Positions 37,203 through 47,654 of a stretch of DNA of 64,000 bases are shown here, in pieces. The DNA is from a phage. The stretch lies in sequence record PZ386969.1; one strand, given 5' to 3'. Both the position numbers and the translations under genes were made by a program. The notes beneath the pieces are model-generated. The model had not been told where the DNA came from. It saw only the letters and a program-made list of their open reading frames with translations, and searched no databases. Within the stretch, counting starts at the first letter, position 1; every line of letters begins with the position of its first letter.

Positions 37203-37585
37203 CACAGTCCGAATACAAACAGTACCTGTACGATCTGTTCATGAAAGAAACGGATGGTACACTCCACCCTAAGAAAGCCACTATCGTCGCGTTGCATTCT
37301 GAAGGTAATTTGTCTATAGCATATATCCGAAAAGAACTCGATTTGTTGGGAATCGAATACGAAGACCACATCACGGATACACGTGCTTTAAAAAGAGCAA
37401 CAGCAATCGTTCTTCACACCGTTGCAACAATTATGCATCGCCACCATGTTTCTTTTGACGATGCAATAACTCCACAGTACCATGAAGAGCGTTGGGATTT
37501 GTTGTTAAAGAACGGTGCTAATCCTGAGCATAAAGATCAACTCCTTGGTATGACCAAGGCGCAGCTCGTCGGTGAATCCAAATGA
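37199..37585 (+). CDS. hypothetical protein (128 aa)
   Basis: ORF track; ATGA overlap with neighbours. Confidence 0.45.
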   Translation: MTQSEYKQYLYDLFMKETDGTLHPKKATIVALHSEGNLSIAYIRKELDLLGIEYEDHITDTRALKRATAIVLHTVATIMHRHHVSFDDAITPQYHEERWDLLLKNGANPEHKDQLLGMTKAQLVGESK

Positions 37586-38697
37586 TCTACCTCCTGTTTG
37601 GTGTGCCATTGGTACTGGCTATCCTCTTTGTGACCTACCACCGCAAGACCCATGAGCCGAAAGAGACTCTGATTGCGACGGCGATTGTGGTGGTGCTGTC
37701 CTGTCTGATTCAGGTCGGGGCTTATGCTGCGTTCTCCCTCGGCAGTTCAGGGGACGTTGAGATCCTGAACGGGTACGTCACTGCAAAGGAGCGGAATAAG
37801 GTGAGCTGTGAGCATTCATATGAATGTATGTGCTATTACACAACATCTTGTACAGGTTCAGGAAATAACCGATCTTGTACACAAACGCGTCATTGCAGCA
37901 CATGCTATGAGCACTCTTATGACGTTGATTGGGATGTATTAACAACCGTCGGCGATCTGAGCATTGACCGTATTGATCGTCAGGGTACTACAGAGCCTCC
38001 GCGTTGGACACAAGTTAAAATCGGGGAACCTGTGGCACGTGAACATTCATATATGAATTATGTGCTGGGTAACAAAGACTCTCTGTTCTCTCGTTCAGAC
38101 CAGCAGTTTGCTGAGCGCTTCAAAGACAAGATTCCGAAGTATCCCGAAGTCTATGACTACTATCGCGTCACTCGTGTACTGAATGTGTCTGGTCTGGCGT
38201 TACCGACCACATACTGGAACGATTATCTGAATGATGCCCTGAAGAAGCTGGGCGCAGCCAAGCAGGTGAACATCGTCTGGGTTGTGACTTCCGGGCAGCC
38301 AGTTGAATACTTCCAGGGCTTGGTCTATGCTTGGGATGGTGGTAAAAAGAACGACGTTATCGTCGTGACCGACATCAACAAAGACCTGAAGATCAACTGG
38401 GGTAAGAGCACTTCGTTCGCTGATGGTATGCACAACCGTGAACTCCATTCTCGCAATGGCATGGCTCTCACAGGCCACGACATGGGTGTCGGTGTCATGG
38501 CTGATGTTGTCACTAACATCACCAAAGGCTACAACCGCGTTGAGATGAAGGAAATGGAGTACCTGAAGTGGCGGGAACTCAAGACCTGGGAAGTTGTGGT
38601 TGTTGTTCTGCTGGGCTGCTTACCATTCACCGCAATTTTCATATTACAGCGAATGGAGTACAATGGTGGCCGTCGTCGTTATCCGTTTAATTTTTAA
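37582..38697 (+). CDS. membrane protein with N- and C-terminal hydrophobic helices and Cys-rich ectodomain (371 aa)
   Basis: hydrophobic segments at both ends; cysteine cluster CEHSYECMCYYTTSCTGSGNNRSCTQTRHCSTCYEHSY. Confidence 0.5.
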   Translation: MIYLLFGVPLVLAILFVTYHRKTHEPKETLIATAIVVVLSCLIQVGAYAAFSLGSSGDVEILNGYVTAKERNKVSCEHSYECMCYYTTSCTGSGNNRSCTQTRHCSTCYEHSYDVDWDVLTTVGDLSIDRIDRQGTTEPPRWTQVKIGEPVAREHSYMNYVLGNKDSLFSRSDQQFAERFKDKIPKYPEVYDYYRVTRVLNVSGLALPTTYWNDYLNDALKKLGAAKQVNIVWVVTSGQPVEYFQGLVYAWDGGKKNDVIVVTDINKDLKINWGKSTSFADGMHNRELHSRNGMALTGHDMGVGVMADVVTNITKGYNRVEMKEMEYLKWRELKTWEVVVVVLLGCLPFTAIFILQRMEYNGGRRRYPFNF

Positions 38698-38715
38698 TCA
38701 AAAGAGGAAGTAAGA

Positions 38716-39285
38716 ATGTCTCAATCTAAGGGTATCGCAACAGGTTGGATAGTTGGTTTGGCTTTGCTGGGTATAGTGATTCTCGGCATCAGTACAGTCA
38801 TCAGCTACTTCAACGACTTCAACCGCACTGAGCAGCAGGTCAAGAAGTTCAACAAAGACTCCGAGAACTACCTGAGCAACTACACGCTCAAAGTTCAGGA
38901 GACGGCGCAGATTCCTGACATGTATAAAGACGGCCTGAAGGAAGTGATCAAAGGCACGTTCGAAGGGCGTTATGGTGCTGATGGTTCCAAGGCCGTCATG
39001 CAGTGGATCCAGGAGCAGAATATTCAGTTCGATTCCAGCCTGTACAAAGAGATCCAGGTGGTGATCAGTTCTGGGCGTGATGAATTCCGCATCAGCCAGA
39101 CCAAGAAGCTGGATATCTGCACAATATACGAAACCAAGCTGGCTCAGTTCCCTGGTTCGTTGATTGCTGGCATGTTCGGCTACCCGCGCATCGACCTTGA
39201 CAAGACCTGCCAGGTGGTGAGTGATACCCGTACCCAGGCCGCGTTCGACGCTGGTATTCAGAAACCGATTAACTTCAAAGGCTGA
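38716..39285 (+). CDS. membrane-anchored protein, possibly LemA-like
   Basis: single N-terminal hydrophobic helix then soluble domain; weak resemblance to LemA-type proteins. Confidence 0.35.
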   Translation: MSQSKGIATGWIVGLALLGIVILGISTVISYFNDFNRTEQQVKKFNKDSENYLSNYTLKVQETAQIPDMYKDGLKEVIKGTFEGRYGADGSKAVMQWIQEQNIQFDSSLYKEIQVVISSGRDEFRISQTKKLDICTIYETKLAQFPGSLIAGMFGYPRIDLDKTCQVVSDTRTQAAFDAGIQKPINFKG

Positions 39286-39289
39286 TGTC

Positions 39290-39703
39290 ATGAGCGTGAA
39301 ACTCACTGAATCCCTGACACTGGACCAACAGCAGGCTCTGTTGGATGAAGTGGTGATCTCTGCTATCAAGCAAGGGATTATCAAAGACGACATGTTGATT
39401 GACCGCCCCGAGATGATCCATCATCTGGTGGTGTGCCTGGGTGAGGCCAGCAACCCTCGCAAGAAGATCGTGCTGTTTACTGATGGTGTGATCCTTCCGA
39501 GCGGGAAATGTGCGTTCTTGGATGTGGTTGAACATCCGAACACGAAAGGCAAAGAGGTCAAGACTTCTGTTCCGGTGACCCCATACACCGAGGGTGTTGA
39601 CCAGCTGTCTTGGTTTGAGACAATCAACACCATTTATGTGATGGCACCGGACGGTAAACCAGTTCGGGATCTACGAGGCGGCAAAGTAGAATCTGAAGAC
39701 TAA
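39290..39703 (+). CDS. hypothetical protein (137 aa from ATG 39290)
   Basis: in-frame ATG inside track ORF 39221..39703. Confidence 0.4.
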   Translation: MSVKLTESLTLDQQQALLDEVVISAIKQGIIKDDMLIDRPEMIHHLVVCLGEASNPRKKIVLFTDGVILPSGKCAFLDVVEHPNTKGKEVKTSVPVTPYTEGVDQLSWFETINTIYVMAPDGKPVRDLRGGKVESED

Positions 39704-39705
39704 TC

Positions 39706-39752
39706 GTTCTTCAATAAAAGGGGATAGGGTATTATTGCTCTATCCCTTTTTC
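39706..39752 (+). terminator. terminator hairpin preceded by TTCTTCAATAAA
   Basis: AAAAGGGGATAGGG-TATTATTGCT-CTATCCCTTTTT. Confidence 0.55.
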
Positions 39753-39814
39753 GTGGACAGGAACATGACAGACAAGCCAAGAAAGATGAAGAACAAACGC
39801 CGGAGCAAACGCTG

Positions 39815-40282
39815 ATGACTACCAAACCAACTTATGAAGAACTGGCGCAGACCGTTCTGACCTTCGACAGCACCCTGAAGAATCTGTACAAGGTGCTGGG
39901 AAAGAACCCGACTTCAGAGTCAGGAGAAACAGTTAATCTTCTGTTACTGCTGAACCCTCTGTGGGATATTGATGCCACTGTTGCTGCCACTGTTGCTGCC
40001 CTGAAAGATCCTGGGGAACAGGAACCGGAGCCAACCCCTGTATCCACTGGGATTCAGAAATACCTGGAGAACTTTGACGAGTACTCCTTCACCGATCTGC
40101 TCCTGCGTGATATGATCAACACAGAACGCCGTCGCCAGGGGAAGAACTGTCCTGTGGTCCAGTCTGATGAAGAAATCGAGCAGAGTGTTCGAGAAGATCT
40201 GAACAGCACCTACTCGCCGATCGATCTGGCTGTAATGATTGTTCAGGCACTGTCCTATGCTGCCAAGGGGGAAACGAAATGA
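39815..40282 (+). CDS. hypothetical protein (155 aa)
   Basis: ORF track. Confidence 0.45.
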   Translation: MTTKPTYEELAQTVLTFDSTLKNLYKVLGKNPTSESGETVNLLLLLNPLWDIDATVAATVAALKDPGEQEPEPTPVSTGIQKYLENFDEYSFTDLLLRDMINTERRRQGKNCPVVQSDEEIEQSVREDLNSTYSPIDLAVMIVQALSYAAKGETK

Positions 40283-40479
40283 AGAAATCATCTGCGGCTG
40301 TTGCTGCTATGCTAGCGCTGTCAGAAATGGAAATCGTCGCCGCGCATCGTGGTGATGATATGTGGGGGCGTCGTTACACTCAGGGTGGCACACCCGGCGA
40401 ACCGGGACATGGTCGTCCATCTGTAACCCGCAAGAAGAAGGCGAAGACCTATGGAAAGAACAAGCGCAAACGTAAGTGA
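40279..40479 (+). CDS. small basic protein (66 aa)
   Basis: ORF track; Lys/Arg-rich C-terminus. Confidence 0.35.
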   Translation: MKKSSAAVAAMLALSEMEIVAAHRGDDMWGRRYTQGGTPGEPGHGRPSVTRKKKAKTYGKNKRKRK

Positions 40480-40620
40480 GGAGCGCCTGAAGGATCTTTC
40501 TGTAGGCAATCCAAAGTTGGCCAGATCATGGGTGATGTTTGATGACCGACGAGATAATCTTCCTTCGAGCAGAGGTCGCTCGATTAAGTAAAACCGAACC
40601 CAAAAAGTAGAGGATATGTT

Positions 40621-40968
40621 ATGAGTTCTATTGAACAGCTGATCACCCCACAGTATGTGTACTCCAACATTGTTGAGCACCTGCGCTCACAGTTGAACGT
40701 GGGAACCCTGAGCAGCACTGAACTGAAAGATCTCCAGATCACCAAAGTGGAAGTGGCAGCGTTCGGTAGCCGTTATCATTTCAACGTGGATTATACCCGC
40801 ATTGAAGAAGAGAAGGCATCTATCATCGCACTGGCTACTCCAGTCAACCCACGCAAAGAGCCTGTGTCGGTCACTCGCACCATCATCGGCTATCTGGAAG
40901 AGAAGTTGGAACCTGGTGCCCAGCGCCCAACATTCGACTTCCAGGCGCGATTTGCCACCGAAGATTGA
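40621..40968 (+). CDS. hypothetical protein (115 aa)
   Basis: ORF track. Confidence 0.45.
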   Translation: MSSIEQLITPQYVYSNIVEHLRSQLNVGTLSSTELKDLQITKVEVAAFGSRYHFNVDYTRIEEEKASIIALATPVNPRKEPVSVTRTIIGYLEEKLEPGAQRPTFDFQARFATED

Positions 40969-40973
40969 TCTGA

Positions 40974-40997
40974 ACAAAGCCCTCAGCCGAGGGCTTT
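40974..40997 (+). terminator. rho-independent terminator
   Basis: AAAGCCCTC-AGCC-GAGGGCTTTTT. Confidence 0.65.
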
Positions 40998-41074
40998 TTC
41001 AATTGAAGACACCCACCGTATTATACCCACTCAACCAATATGTTCCCCTTTGACATTGATAGGATTTCTATACT

Positions 41075-43831
41075 ATGAAAATGCGCAAGTCCGAGCACTT
41101 TATCCGCTCGTCGTCTTCCATTCAGGGGCAGGCGTTCAACGTGAAGATGAACGATAAGATGTTTGAGACTCTGTTCTCATCATTGTATCGTTACAAAGAG
41201 GCTGCAGCCCTGCGCGAAACCGTCTGTAACGCCATCGACTCCCATGGCATGCGTGATCGTATGCACCGTGTGATGGCATCCCACTACGCGCCTCTCACTC
41301 CGCCTCCTGCCCGCCATAGCAAATACCTTGCACCGAAGGGTAAGCAGGTTGTTGTGCATCTACCTGATGACTTTGAACCATGGCTGGAAATACGTGATTA
41401 CGGCATCGGTCTGCCACTTGAGAAGATCATTGGCGAGCCTATCCCAGCGCAGGAAGATGAGGTGCTGCTGGAAGGCAACATGGTGGTTAAGGAAGATGAG
41501 ATCCCTGACTCAGCTGAGGTCATCGGCGTGCCTGCGTTCTATAATGGTGGTCTAGTGTTCCGTCGCGAAGATGGTGAAATCATTCGTACGCCTGGGTTGT
41601 ATACCACTCTCTTCCACAGTACGAAGGAAGAAGATGATGATCAGATTGGGGCATTCGGTCTTGGCTCCAAATCACCATTTGCGGTATCGGATTCGTTCAC
41701 AGTGGAAAGCCGCATGGACGGTAAACTCCATCGCTTCCTGATGTACCTGAATGCCAAGCGCATCCCGACTGTTGATCTGATCACCAAAGATCTTGAAACC
41801 CGTGATCCTAAGCCGGAAGACACCGATGAGTTCAACGGCATGACGGTGAAGATCCCGGTGAAGAACGCTCGCTTCTCCGCATTCTCTGATGAACTGGTCC
41901 GTCTTGGTCGTGTTATGCGCCCTGAACAACGTCCAATTGTTGAGAACGCTTCATACCGCTTCAGCTGGGAAGATATCAGTTATGATTTCAAGGTCAACAA
42001 CACGTACATCCAGCCGAAAGGCCAGGGGAACACCCACTACGCTGTGATGGGCGGCGTGTCATACCCGATTGACCTGGACCAGCTGGACCCGGACACTGCT
42101 TCCATCATGAGCAAGTTCCCGTCGTCTTATACATTCTTTGAACTCGGTTCCCTGAACGTACCGCCGTCGCGTGAAGACCTGTCGTATGACGAATTCACCC
42201 GTGAGACGCTCTCTGAGGAGTTTAAGGGCACCGCCAATGCAATCTTGACAGAAAAGATGCGTGACCTGGAGCTGGCGTGTAAGCGCGGTCCTCTTGCCCT
42301 GTATATGGAGAAGGTAAAACTGAGTGAAATGTTCGGCAGTGGGTTCCGCAAGATGGTTGAAAAGGAATACCCGGCAGACAAGCGCTTTCATGATTCATAT
42401 TACCGTTACCCGCTGCCTGTTGAGATCGACCGTGACTATGACCACACCGCGCCGTTCAATGAATTGTCGTCGCCGTTCTCTATGGAGATCTTCTATGACT
42501 GGGGTGAGTCCAGTAATTTGACCATTTCAGAAATCCAGAAGTGGATTGATCGCGGCCAGCATGTTACTGTGGTGATCGAAGATAGTGTTCGTGCACGTAA
42601 TCTGAAGATCAAGCAGCTGAAAGATACAGGGACGATAGTCATCGTGGCCAAGCCGAACACATCCTATGTCACCAAGCGCAACCAATCTAAGGACAACCCT
42701 GCGTTCAAGAATTCTCAGGCTCTCTATGATTTCTTTGAAACTTGGATTGGTAAAGAAGAAACGACGGTTGATTATCTGTGCTTCGCTGACAAGTTCGTCG
42801 ATTGGCTGAGTGCGGTGCTGGAGCCTGCTGAAGTTAAGTTCATGAACGAACTGACGTATGTCACGCCCCCGGTCACCAAAGACCCTGGCCTGTTTCCGTT
42901 CACGCGCAGCAACTTCGACATATACCAGTATGAAGAACTGACGGGCGACCAGATCTCAGATATCATCAACAAGGGCGAGCGCATCGTCTATATTGAGGTG
43001 TCTGGCCATGCGTGTATCCATCAGGTGATGGACAGAACGTTGACGACTGCGGCGGCGCGGGGTATTCGTAAATCTCTGTATGAGCACGCAGTCAGTGTCG
43101 ACGATGAAGGCAAGCCAGTGTACATCAGCGATATGTTGAACGTTCACAACCGAATCTTCTTGGCTCGTCGTAAATCCGTGCCAATGATGAAGAAGTTCCC
43201 AGAGGTCTTCATACCGATCGATGAAATCCTGAAGATCATGTTGGAAAACGTGAAGCCTATGATGGAGCGCGATAGCGCCAGGCGCATACTGGAATCATAC
43301 CGCCGCATGCGCCTTGGGGCGGATCGATTAAAATACGGGAGTCATCTGGTTCATCAGGCGTTTGGTGATGTTGAAGACGATCGTTATGGCAAATTGGTCA
43401 GCCGTTACAACAAGTTAATGAAAGTTGTGGACGATATCTTGGATGAGCAGACTGTACGTCATTACCAAAGCCTGGCGAAAGCCCCGGTTTCAATCAATGA
43501 CAAGCGTCGATTTAGCCATTTCCAGGACACAATACATTCTCTTAACGTGAATTTGTACGCCAACGAGCGTGACGAAAAGATCTTCCGTTCAGAACATCAG
43601 ATGCTACAGATCTTTGAATACGCTTCGGATGTGTTGCTGTCTCATGGATTTACACCGTTTGATATATCGAGGACTCCGTCATTGAAAGCAAGGCGGGAAA
43701 ACCGATTGACCATCGAGCGTCATCGTGTTGTCCGGTTCTTGAAAGAGAATTACAAACCAAGCGCCCTGAACCCGATTGAAAAATCTTCGGATTACTTGGA
43801 CGTTATTTCAAATTCCATTATCAGGGCATAA
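41075..43831 (+). CDS. rIIA: rIIA-like protein with N-terminal GHKL-type ATPase motif (918 aa)
   Basis: N-terminal AALRETVCNAIDSH resembles the N-box of the GHKL ATPase fold found in rIIA; size and early-region position. Confidence 0.5.
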   Translation: MKMRKSEHFIRSSSSIQGQAFNVKMNDKMFETLFSSLYRYKEAAALRETVCNAIDSHGMRDRMHRVMASHYAPLTPPPARHSKYLAPKGKQVVVHLPDDFEPWLEIRDYGIGLPLEKIIGEPIPAQEDEVLLEGNMVVKEDEIPDSAEVIGVPAFYNGGLVFRREDGEIIRTPGLYTTLFHSTKEEDDDQIGAFGLGSKSPFAVSDSFTVESRMDGKLHRFLMYLNAKRIPTVDLITKDLETRDPKPEDTDEFNGMTVKIPVKNARFSAFSDELVRLGRVMRPEQRPIVENASYRFSWEDISYDFKVNNTYIQPKGQGNTHYAVMGGVSYPIDLDQLDPDTASIMSKFPSSYTFFELGSLNVPPSREDLSYDEFTRETLSEEFKGTANAILTEKMRDLELACKRGPLALYMEKVKLSEMFGSGFRKMVEKEYPADKRFHDSYYRYPLPVEIDRDYDHTAPFNELSSPFSMEIFYDWGESSNLTISEIQKWIDRGQHVTVVIEDSVRARNLKIKQLKDTGTIVIVAKPNTSYVTKRNQSKDNPAFKNSQALYDFFETWIGKEETTVDYLCFADKFVDWLSAVLEPAEVKFMNELTYVTPPVTKDPGLFPFTRSNFDIYQYEELTGDQISDIINKGERIVYIEVSGHACIHQVMDRTLTTAAARGIRKSLYEHAVSVDDEGKPVYISDMLNVHNRIFLARRKSVPMMKKFPEVFIPIDEILKIMLENVKPMMERDSARRILESYRRMRLGADRLKYGSHLVHQAFGDVEDDRYGKLVSRYNKLMKVVDDILDEQTVRHYQSLAKAPVSINDKRRFSHFQDTIHSLNVNLYANERDEKIFRSEHQMLQIFEYASDVLLSHGFTPFDISRTPSLKARRENRLTIERHRVVRFLKENYKPSALNPIEKSSDYLDVISNSIIRA

Positions 43832-43862
43832 TAGTCCTGTTAACCAACGTGGGAACTACAAG

Positions 43863-45428
43863 ATGAACAAGATTGACGAAAAGATCCTGAAGTATTTGAA
43901 GGAAGGCAAAAGCCAGAGCGCAATTGCTACTCTGTTGGGCATACCCCGCTCGACTGTACAACGTGTTTCCGACACGGAAATTGGTGTTGACCCTACTTCG
44001 CTGAAATCCCTGACAACAGATCAGATCGCCAATATCCAAAGGGATTCGGCGGCAGGTAATGTCAGCAATGCATTCTTGGCCAAGGTGTACGGTGTGTCCG
44101 CCAAGACCATTGCTCGCGCTCTGTTGGTCCGGATTACCGAGGAGAAAAACAAGGTAACTGTGATCTCTCCTATCAAGCCGGAAGAACAAGAAGTATTCGA
44201 GGTCCAACCGGGCGGCACGGCCAAAGACAAAGATGGCACAGAATGGTATGTTGGGGCATATCTGCCGAACCACAACAAGTATCTGTGTCTCACTAACGAC
44301 GGCAATTTCAAAGGGGCTTTCTTTGAAAAGTCTGAATTGACTCCTGTGGAAGGTGATAGTTGCGCTTTCGATGTTGAAGCTATCGGCGAGATGGCAGAAA
44401 TTTCTGTGGCACTGTCAGAAGGTGCGGACAAAGTTCCGAGCAACGTTGAAATCAGCGTTGTGGTTGACGGGGAAACCTATCCTATCCGTGGATCCTTGGA
44501 TGCCCGTCGCCGTGTTGGTTACTTTGATGGCATCCTCGGTCGCACCCTGCGTCTGGCTCTGTCTTCTGTAGAATTCGCCGTCGCTGTCAAAGACGTTGAA
44601 GAAGTGGCTGATGATAAGAAGACCAAGCAGGACTTCGGCGCGAAAGACCTGGACGTGTTCCTGAACGAACACCAGATCCTGATTCTGCCTGACAGCGTTG
44701 TTATCGCGATTGACGGCAAGCCGGAAACGATCACCACTTCACACCCGGCCTATGACCGCATCGTACAGGCGATCAAAGACAAAGACGTGAAGCTGGCATA
44801 CTCGCTGATGCGTCCTCGTGAAGCCATCGCGAAGTACGCTGCTGGTCTGGTAGACGTGTCTGACAACCGTGTCCGCTGGTCCGGTCATGACATCACAGGC
44901 ACATCCATCGCCAAGCGTGTACTGGCGCTGATGCTGAAGGGTGACTTCCACAACCTGGACCGCATGGCGAAGTTTATGGACAAAATGTTCCAGAACCCGT
45001 CAGCTTCTCTGGTTCAGTCTGGGCGCATCTATGAGTTCATGGCGTACTCTGACATCGAAATTGACGACGATGGTGACATCATCCTCTACAAATCGGTGCG
45101 CGGCAACTACATGGACAAGCACAGCAACACGATCAGCAACGCCCCAGGCACTATCGTGCGGATGGCTCGCTCATTCGTGAACGACAACAACTCTGATCTG
45201 TGTTCATACGGTCTGCACGTTTGCTCCCTGGCCTATCTGAAACAGTGCTTCGGTTCTGTTGGCCAGCGCGTTGTTCGTTGTAAGCTGAACCCGCGCGACA
45301 TCGTGTCTATCACCAACGATTACGGCTCCAGCAAGATCCGCTGCTGTGAATATCTGGTGTTGGATGATTACACGGCTGAGTACAATCGCCAGCACAAGTC
45401 TATTGACGTCACTGGTCTGTACAAGTAA
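43863..45428 (+). CDS. rIIB-like protein, putative (N-terminal helix-turn-helix-like segment)
   Basis: immediately follows the rIIA-like gene; track start is TTG, ATG at 43863; KSQSAIATLLGIPRSTVQRV helix-turn-helix-like. Confidence 0.3.
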   Translation: MNKIDEKILKYLKEGKSQSAIATLLGIPRSTVQRVSDTEIGVDPTSLKSLTTDQIANIQRDSAAGNVSNAFLAKVYGVSAKTIARALLVRITEEKNKVTVISPIKPEEQEVFEVQPGGTAKDKDGTEWYVGAYLPNHNKYLCLTNDGNFKGAFFEKSELTPVEGDSCAFDVEAIGEMAEISVALSEGADKVPSNVEISVVVDGETYPIRGSLDARRRVGYFDGILGRTLRLALSSVEFAVAVKDVEEVADDKKTKQDFGAKDLDVFLNEHQILILPDSVVIAIDGKPETITTSHPAYDRIVQAIKDKDVKLAYSLMRPREAIAKYAAGLVDVSDNRVRWSGHDITGTSIAKRVLALMLKGDFHNLDRMAKFMDKMFQNPSASLVQSGRIYEFMAYSDIEIDDDGDIILYKSVRGNYMDKHSNTISNAPGTIVRMARSFVNDNNSDLCSYGLHVCSLAYLKQCFGSVGQRVVRCKLNPRDIVSITNDYGSSKIRCCEYLVLDDYTAEYNRQHKSIDVTGLYK

Positions 45429-45444
45429 CCAAACCCCATCCACC

Positions 45445-45470
45445 AAGGAGGCCGGAGCCTCCTTTCTTTT
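45445..45470 (+). terminator. rho-independent terminator
   Basis: AAGGAGGC-CGGA-GCCTCCTTTCTTTT. Confidence 0.6.
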
Positions 45471-45479
45471 GAGGTCGAT

Positions 45480-45785
45480 ATGTTAACCAACGACGTCTAC
45501 TTCAAATATGCAAGGCAGACATACGGCTCGCACCGCGTGACAGACAAGTTCCTGATTGACTCCTTCCAGTTTGAAGGGGAGATGAGGGAATACTCACACA
45601 AACAATTCCCACCCCGTGAAGTGCATGGTGACCAGTTCGTGAAATTGTTCTGTCGCTGTGGTGGATGTGATTTCACGGATGATGGTTACGCAATGCACGT
45701 GTACTGCTGTAATTGCTGTGGTAAATACGTAACAGTCTATAGGAGAACCGAACATGGCCAAGAAACCAGAAGTCAAGAAAGTTGA
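45480..45785 (+). CDS. Cys-rich zinc-ribbon-like protein (101 aa)
   Basis: CRCGGCDF...CCNCCGKY cysteine pairs. Confidence 0.4.
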   Translation: MLTNDVYFKYARQTYGSHRVTDKFLIDSFQFEGEMREYSHKQFPPREVHGDQFVKLFCRCGGCDFTDDGYAMHVYCCNCCGKYVTVYRRTEHGQETRSQES

Positions 45786-46179
45786 AATTAAAACCGAAGC
45801 CCCAGTCGATGACATCCAGGCGAAGGAGGAAGGTGTGTTGCCTACCTACCTACAACGCGCCATCGATAACATCCCTCCAGGGGGAGACGGAGGCGTCGTC
45901 TACGCTGGCGGGTACGGTTGGGTGTGCGAATACCAAGACGGCACGAAGGAACTCCTCCAGGAGCTTCCAGGGCTGGCTGCGACCCTCAAGCGTTATGGTC
46001 GCGACAAGTTCGGCAAGCCGTTTGAAACCGGGGCTGTGATTGAAACCAACATCACAGTCGAGACTCTGAACCTGCTGGGTGAAGATGATCTCAAGTTGTT
46101 GGCTGCGCCGCTGGGTATCACAGAAGAAGATCGCATTCAGCTGATTGCGAAGCTGATCGAAAAATTGCAGATTAAATAA
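45754..46179 (+). CDS. hypothetical protein (141 aa)
   Basis: ATG with AGGAG upstream. Confidence 0.45.
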   Translation: MAKKPEVKKVEIKTEAPVDDIQAKEEGVLPTYLQRAIDNIPPGGDGGVVYAGGYGWVCEYQDGTKELLQELPGLAATLKRYGRDKFGKPFETGAVIETNITVETLNLLGEDDLKLLAAPLGITEEDRIQLIAKLIEKLQIK

Positions 46180-46209
46180 GCCGGTGTACAACAGCTGAAC
46201 TTATTCAAT

Positions 46210-46602
46210 ATGCCTATCGTTGACGAAAGCAACTTGATGGATTATGCACTGAGGCATTATATTGTAGATTCTGTCTCGTGGGATGAACTGCTGGTAGACA
46301 TTCAGCGGATTTCGCTAATTAATCAATCATTGAAGAGATTTGTCCCTGGTAAGAGTCCTCGGTTGATTCTCAATCAATTGATTACTGTCTTCAATACGTT
46401 CGAAACAGAGGCTGCTTGTCGCATGCTCGTTTTGAAGGTGGATAAGCCCCAGTTGCCACGCCTCAAGGCTGCTTTGTTGACATTAGGCGTATGGCGCGAT
46501 GATTTATGTTCCGGTTCATACGAACCAGATAATGAGCTGATGATGGCTCTGAACAACGATTTGGATGAGTGGAGGAAACCATGCCAACGATCACTGTATT
46601 AG
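46210..46602 (+). CDS. hypothetical protein (130 aa)
   Basis: ORF track. Confidence 0.4.
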   Translation: MPIVDESNLMDYALRHYIVDSVSWDELLVDIQRISLINQSLKRFVPGKSPRLILNQLITVFNTFETEAACRMLVLKVDKPQLPRLKAALLTLGVWRDDLCSGSYEPDNELMMALNNDLDEWRKPCQRSLY

Positions 46603-47390
46603 TAGCACCGGAAGTTGTTCGCAACAAACCGGAAACTGAGCGTCTTCACACTGTAACAGGTACTGCTCGTGGTTGGGAAAAGACCAGTCTTAACCAAGAC
46701 CCAGACGAGATCCTGACTGAGTGTAAAGGTCTGGATGCACTGCTGACCAAGAGCAATTTGCAGGCCGATGGCGTCACCAAAGTGGATCCAACCAAGCCCG
46801 TTGGCTTCCAGCTGTCTTATGAAATCCACGACCCAAGCGCTGTGCTGACCACTGGCCTGACCATCACCCCTGAAACTGCTAATGGTGAAGTCGGTCAGGT
46901 TGTTGAACTGAAGGCGGTCGTCGCTCCGGAGAACGCGACCTACCAGGGTGTCAACTGGTACTCTGGCGATCTGACCAAAGCTGTGCACATCGGTGGTGGT
47001 AAATTCAAGCTGCTGGCACCGGGTTCAGTGACTGTTTACGGTGTAACCATCGAAGGTGACCACACCGACTCTACCGTCATCACAGTGGCTGGCGCTCTGT
47101 CTCTGTCTACCGATCTGGCCGCTTCTCAGGATGTAACAACAGGTGAATCCGCAACCTTCACCATCGCTGCTACAGGCGGCACTACCCCATACACACATAC
47201 TTGGTACTTCTCTGATGTCCCTGGTGGTGAAGGTGAGGTGATCGATGCTGGCACTAACCCCACTGCTGCAACTGCGAGCCTGGTTATCACTACAGTTGCT
47301 GCCGAAAACGAGGGTGAGTACTGGTGTGTTGTTGAAGACGCTGACGGCCACTCTGTGACCTCTACTCGTTGCGAAATGGCTGCGGTCTAA
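46581..47390 (+). CDS. Ig-like domain protein
   Basis: ATG 46581 with GGAGGAAACC upstream; two Ig-like segments, second ending EGEYWCVVEDADGHSVTSTRCEM. Confidence 0.45.
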   Translation: MPTITVLVAPEVVRNKPETERLHTVTGTARGWEKTSLNQDPDEILTECKGLDALLTKSNLQADGVTKVDPTKPVGFQLSYEIHDPSAVLTTGLTITPETANGEVGQVVELKAVVAPENATYQGVNWYSGDLTKAVHIGGGKFKLLAPGSVTVYGVTIEGDHTDSTVITVAGALSLSTDLAASQDVTTGESATFTIAATGGTTPYTHTWYFSDVPGGEGEVIDAGTNPTAATASLVITTVAAENEGEYWCVVEDADGHSVTSTRCEMAAV

Positions 47391-47626
47391 TCATGAAAGG
47401 CTTCCAGGACTTCCTTGAAGACTCAGCAGCCCCTGGAACCACGACCGCCGATGTGGGGAAACCCGAAGGCGGTATGGTGAAAGAGCCTGTCAAGAAGCCC
47501 AAGGATCTTGAGGAAGAACAAGAGCAGACCTCCTTCCAAAAGATCTTTGGAAACATCTTCAAAGACCTCGACCTGAAGAATGCGCGAAAGTGGAACTTCA
47601 GGACAGGCAAATATGAAGAGGAATGA
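47369..47626 (+). CDS. small hypothetical protein (85 aa)
   Basis: ORF track. Confidence 0.35.
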   Translation: MRNGCGLIMKGFQDFLEDSAAPGTTTADVGKPEGGMVKEPVKKPKDLEEEQEQTSFQKIFGNIFKDLDLKNARKWNFRTGKYEEE

Positions 47627-47654
47627 GCCATGAACGCGATGATCATGGGTTAAC

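Noticed and set aside
38698-39393. 231-aa minus-strand ORF
   Set aside because: Antisense to two plus-strand genes that have ribosome sites and membrane-protein features
41030-41074. Sigma-70-like promoter (TTGACA ... TATACT) before the rIIA-like gene
   Set aside because: Spacer between the hexamers is only about 13 nt, too short for a standard promoter
45754-45785. Programmed frameshift between overlapping genes 45480..45785 and 45754..46179
   Set aside because: The downstream gene has its own AGGAG ribosome site and ATG, so independent initiation is the simpler explanation
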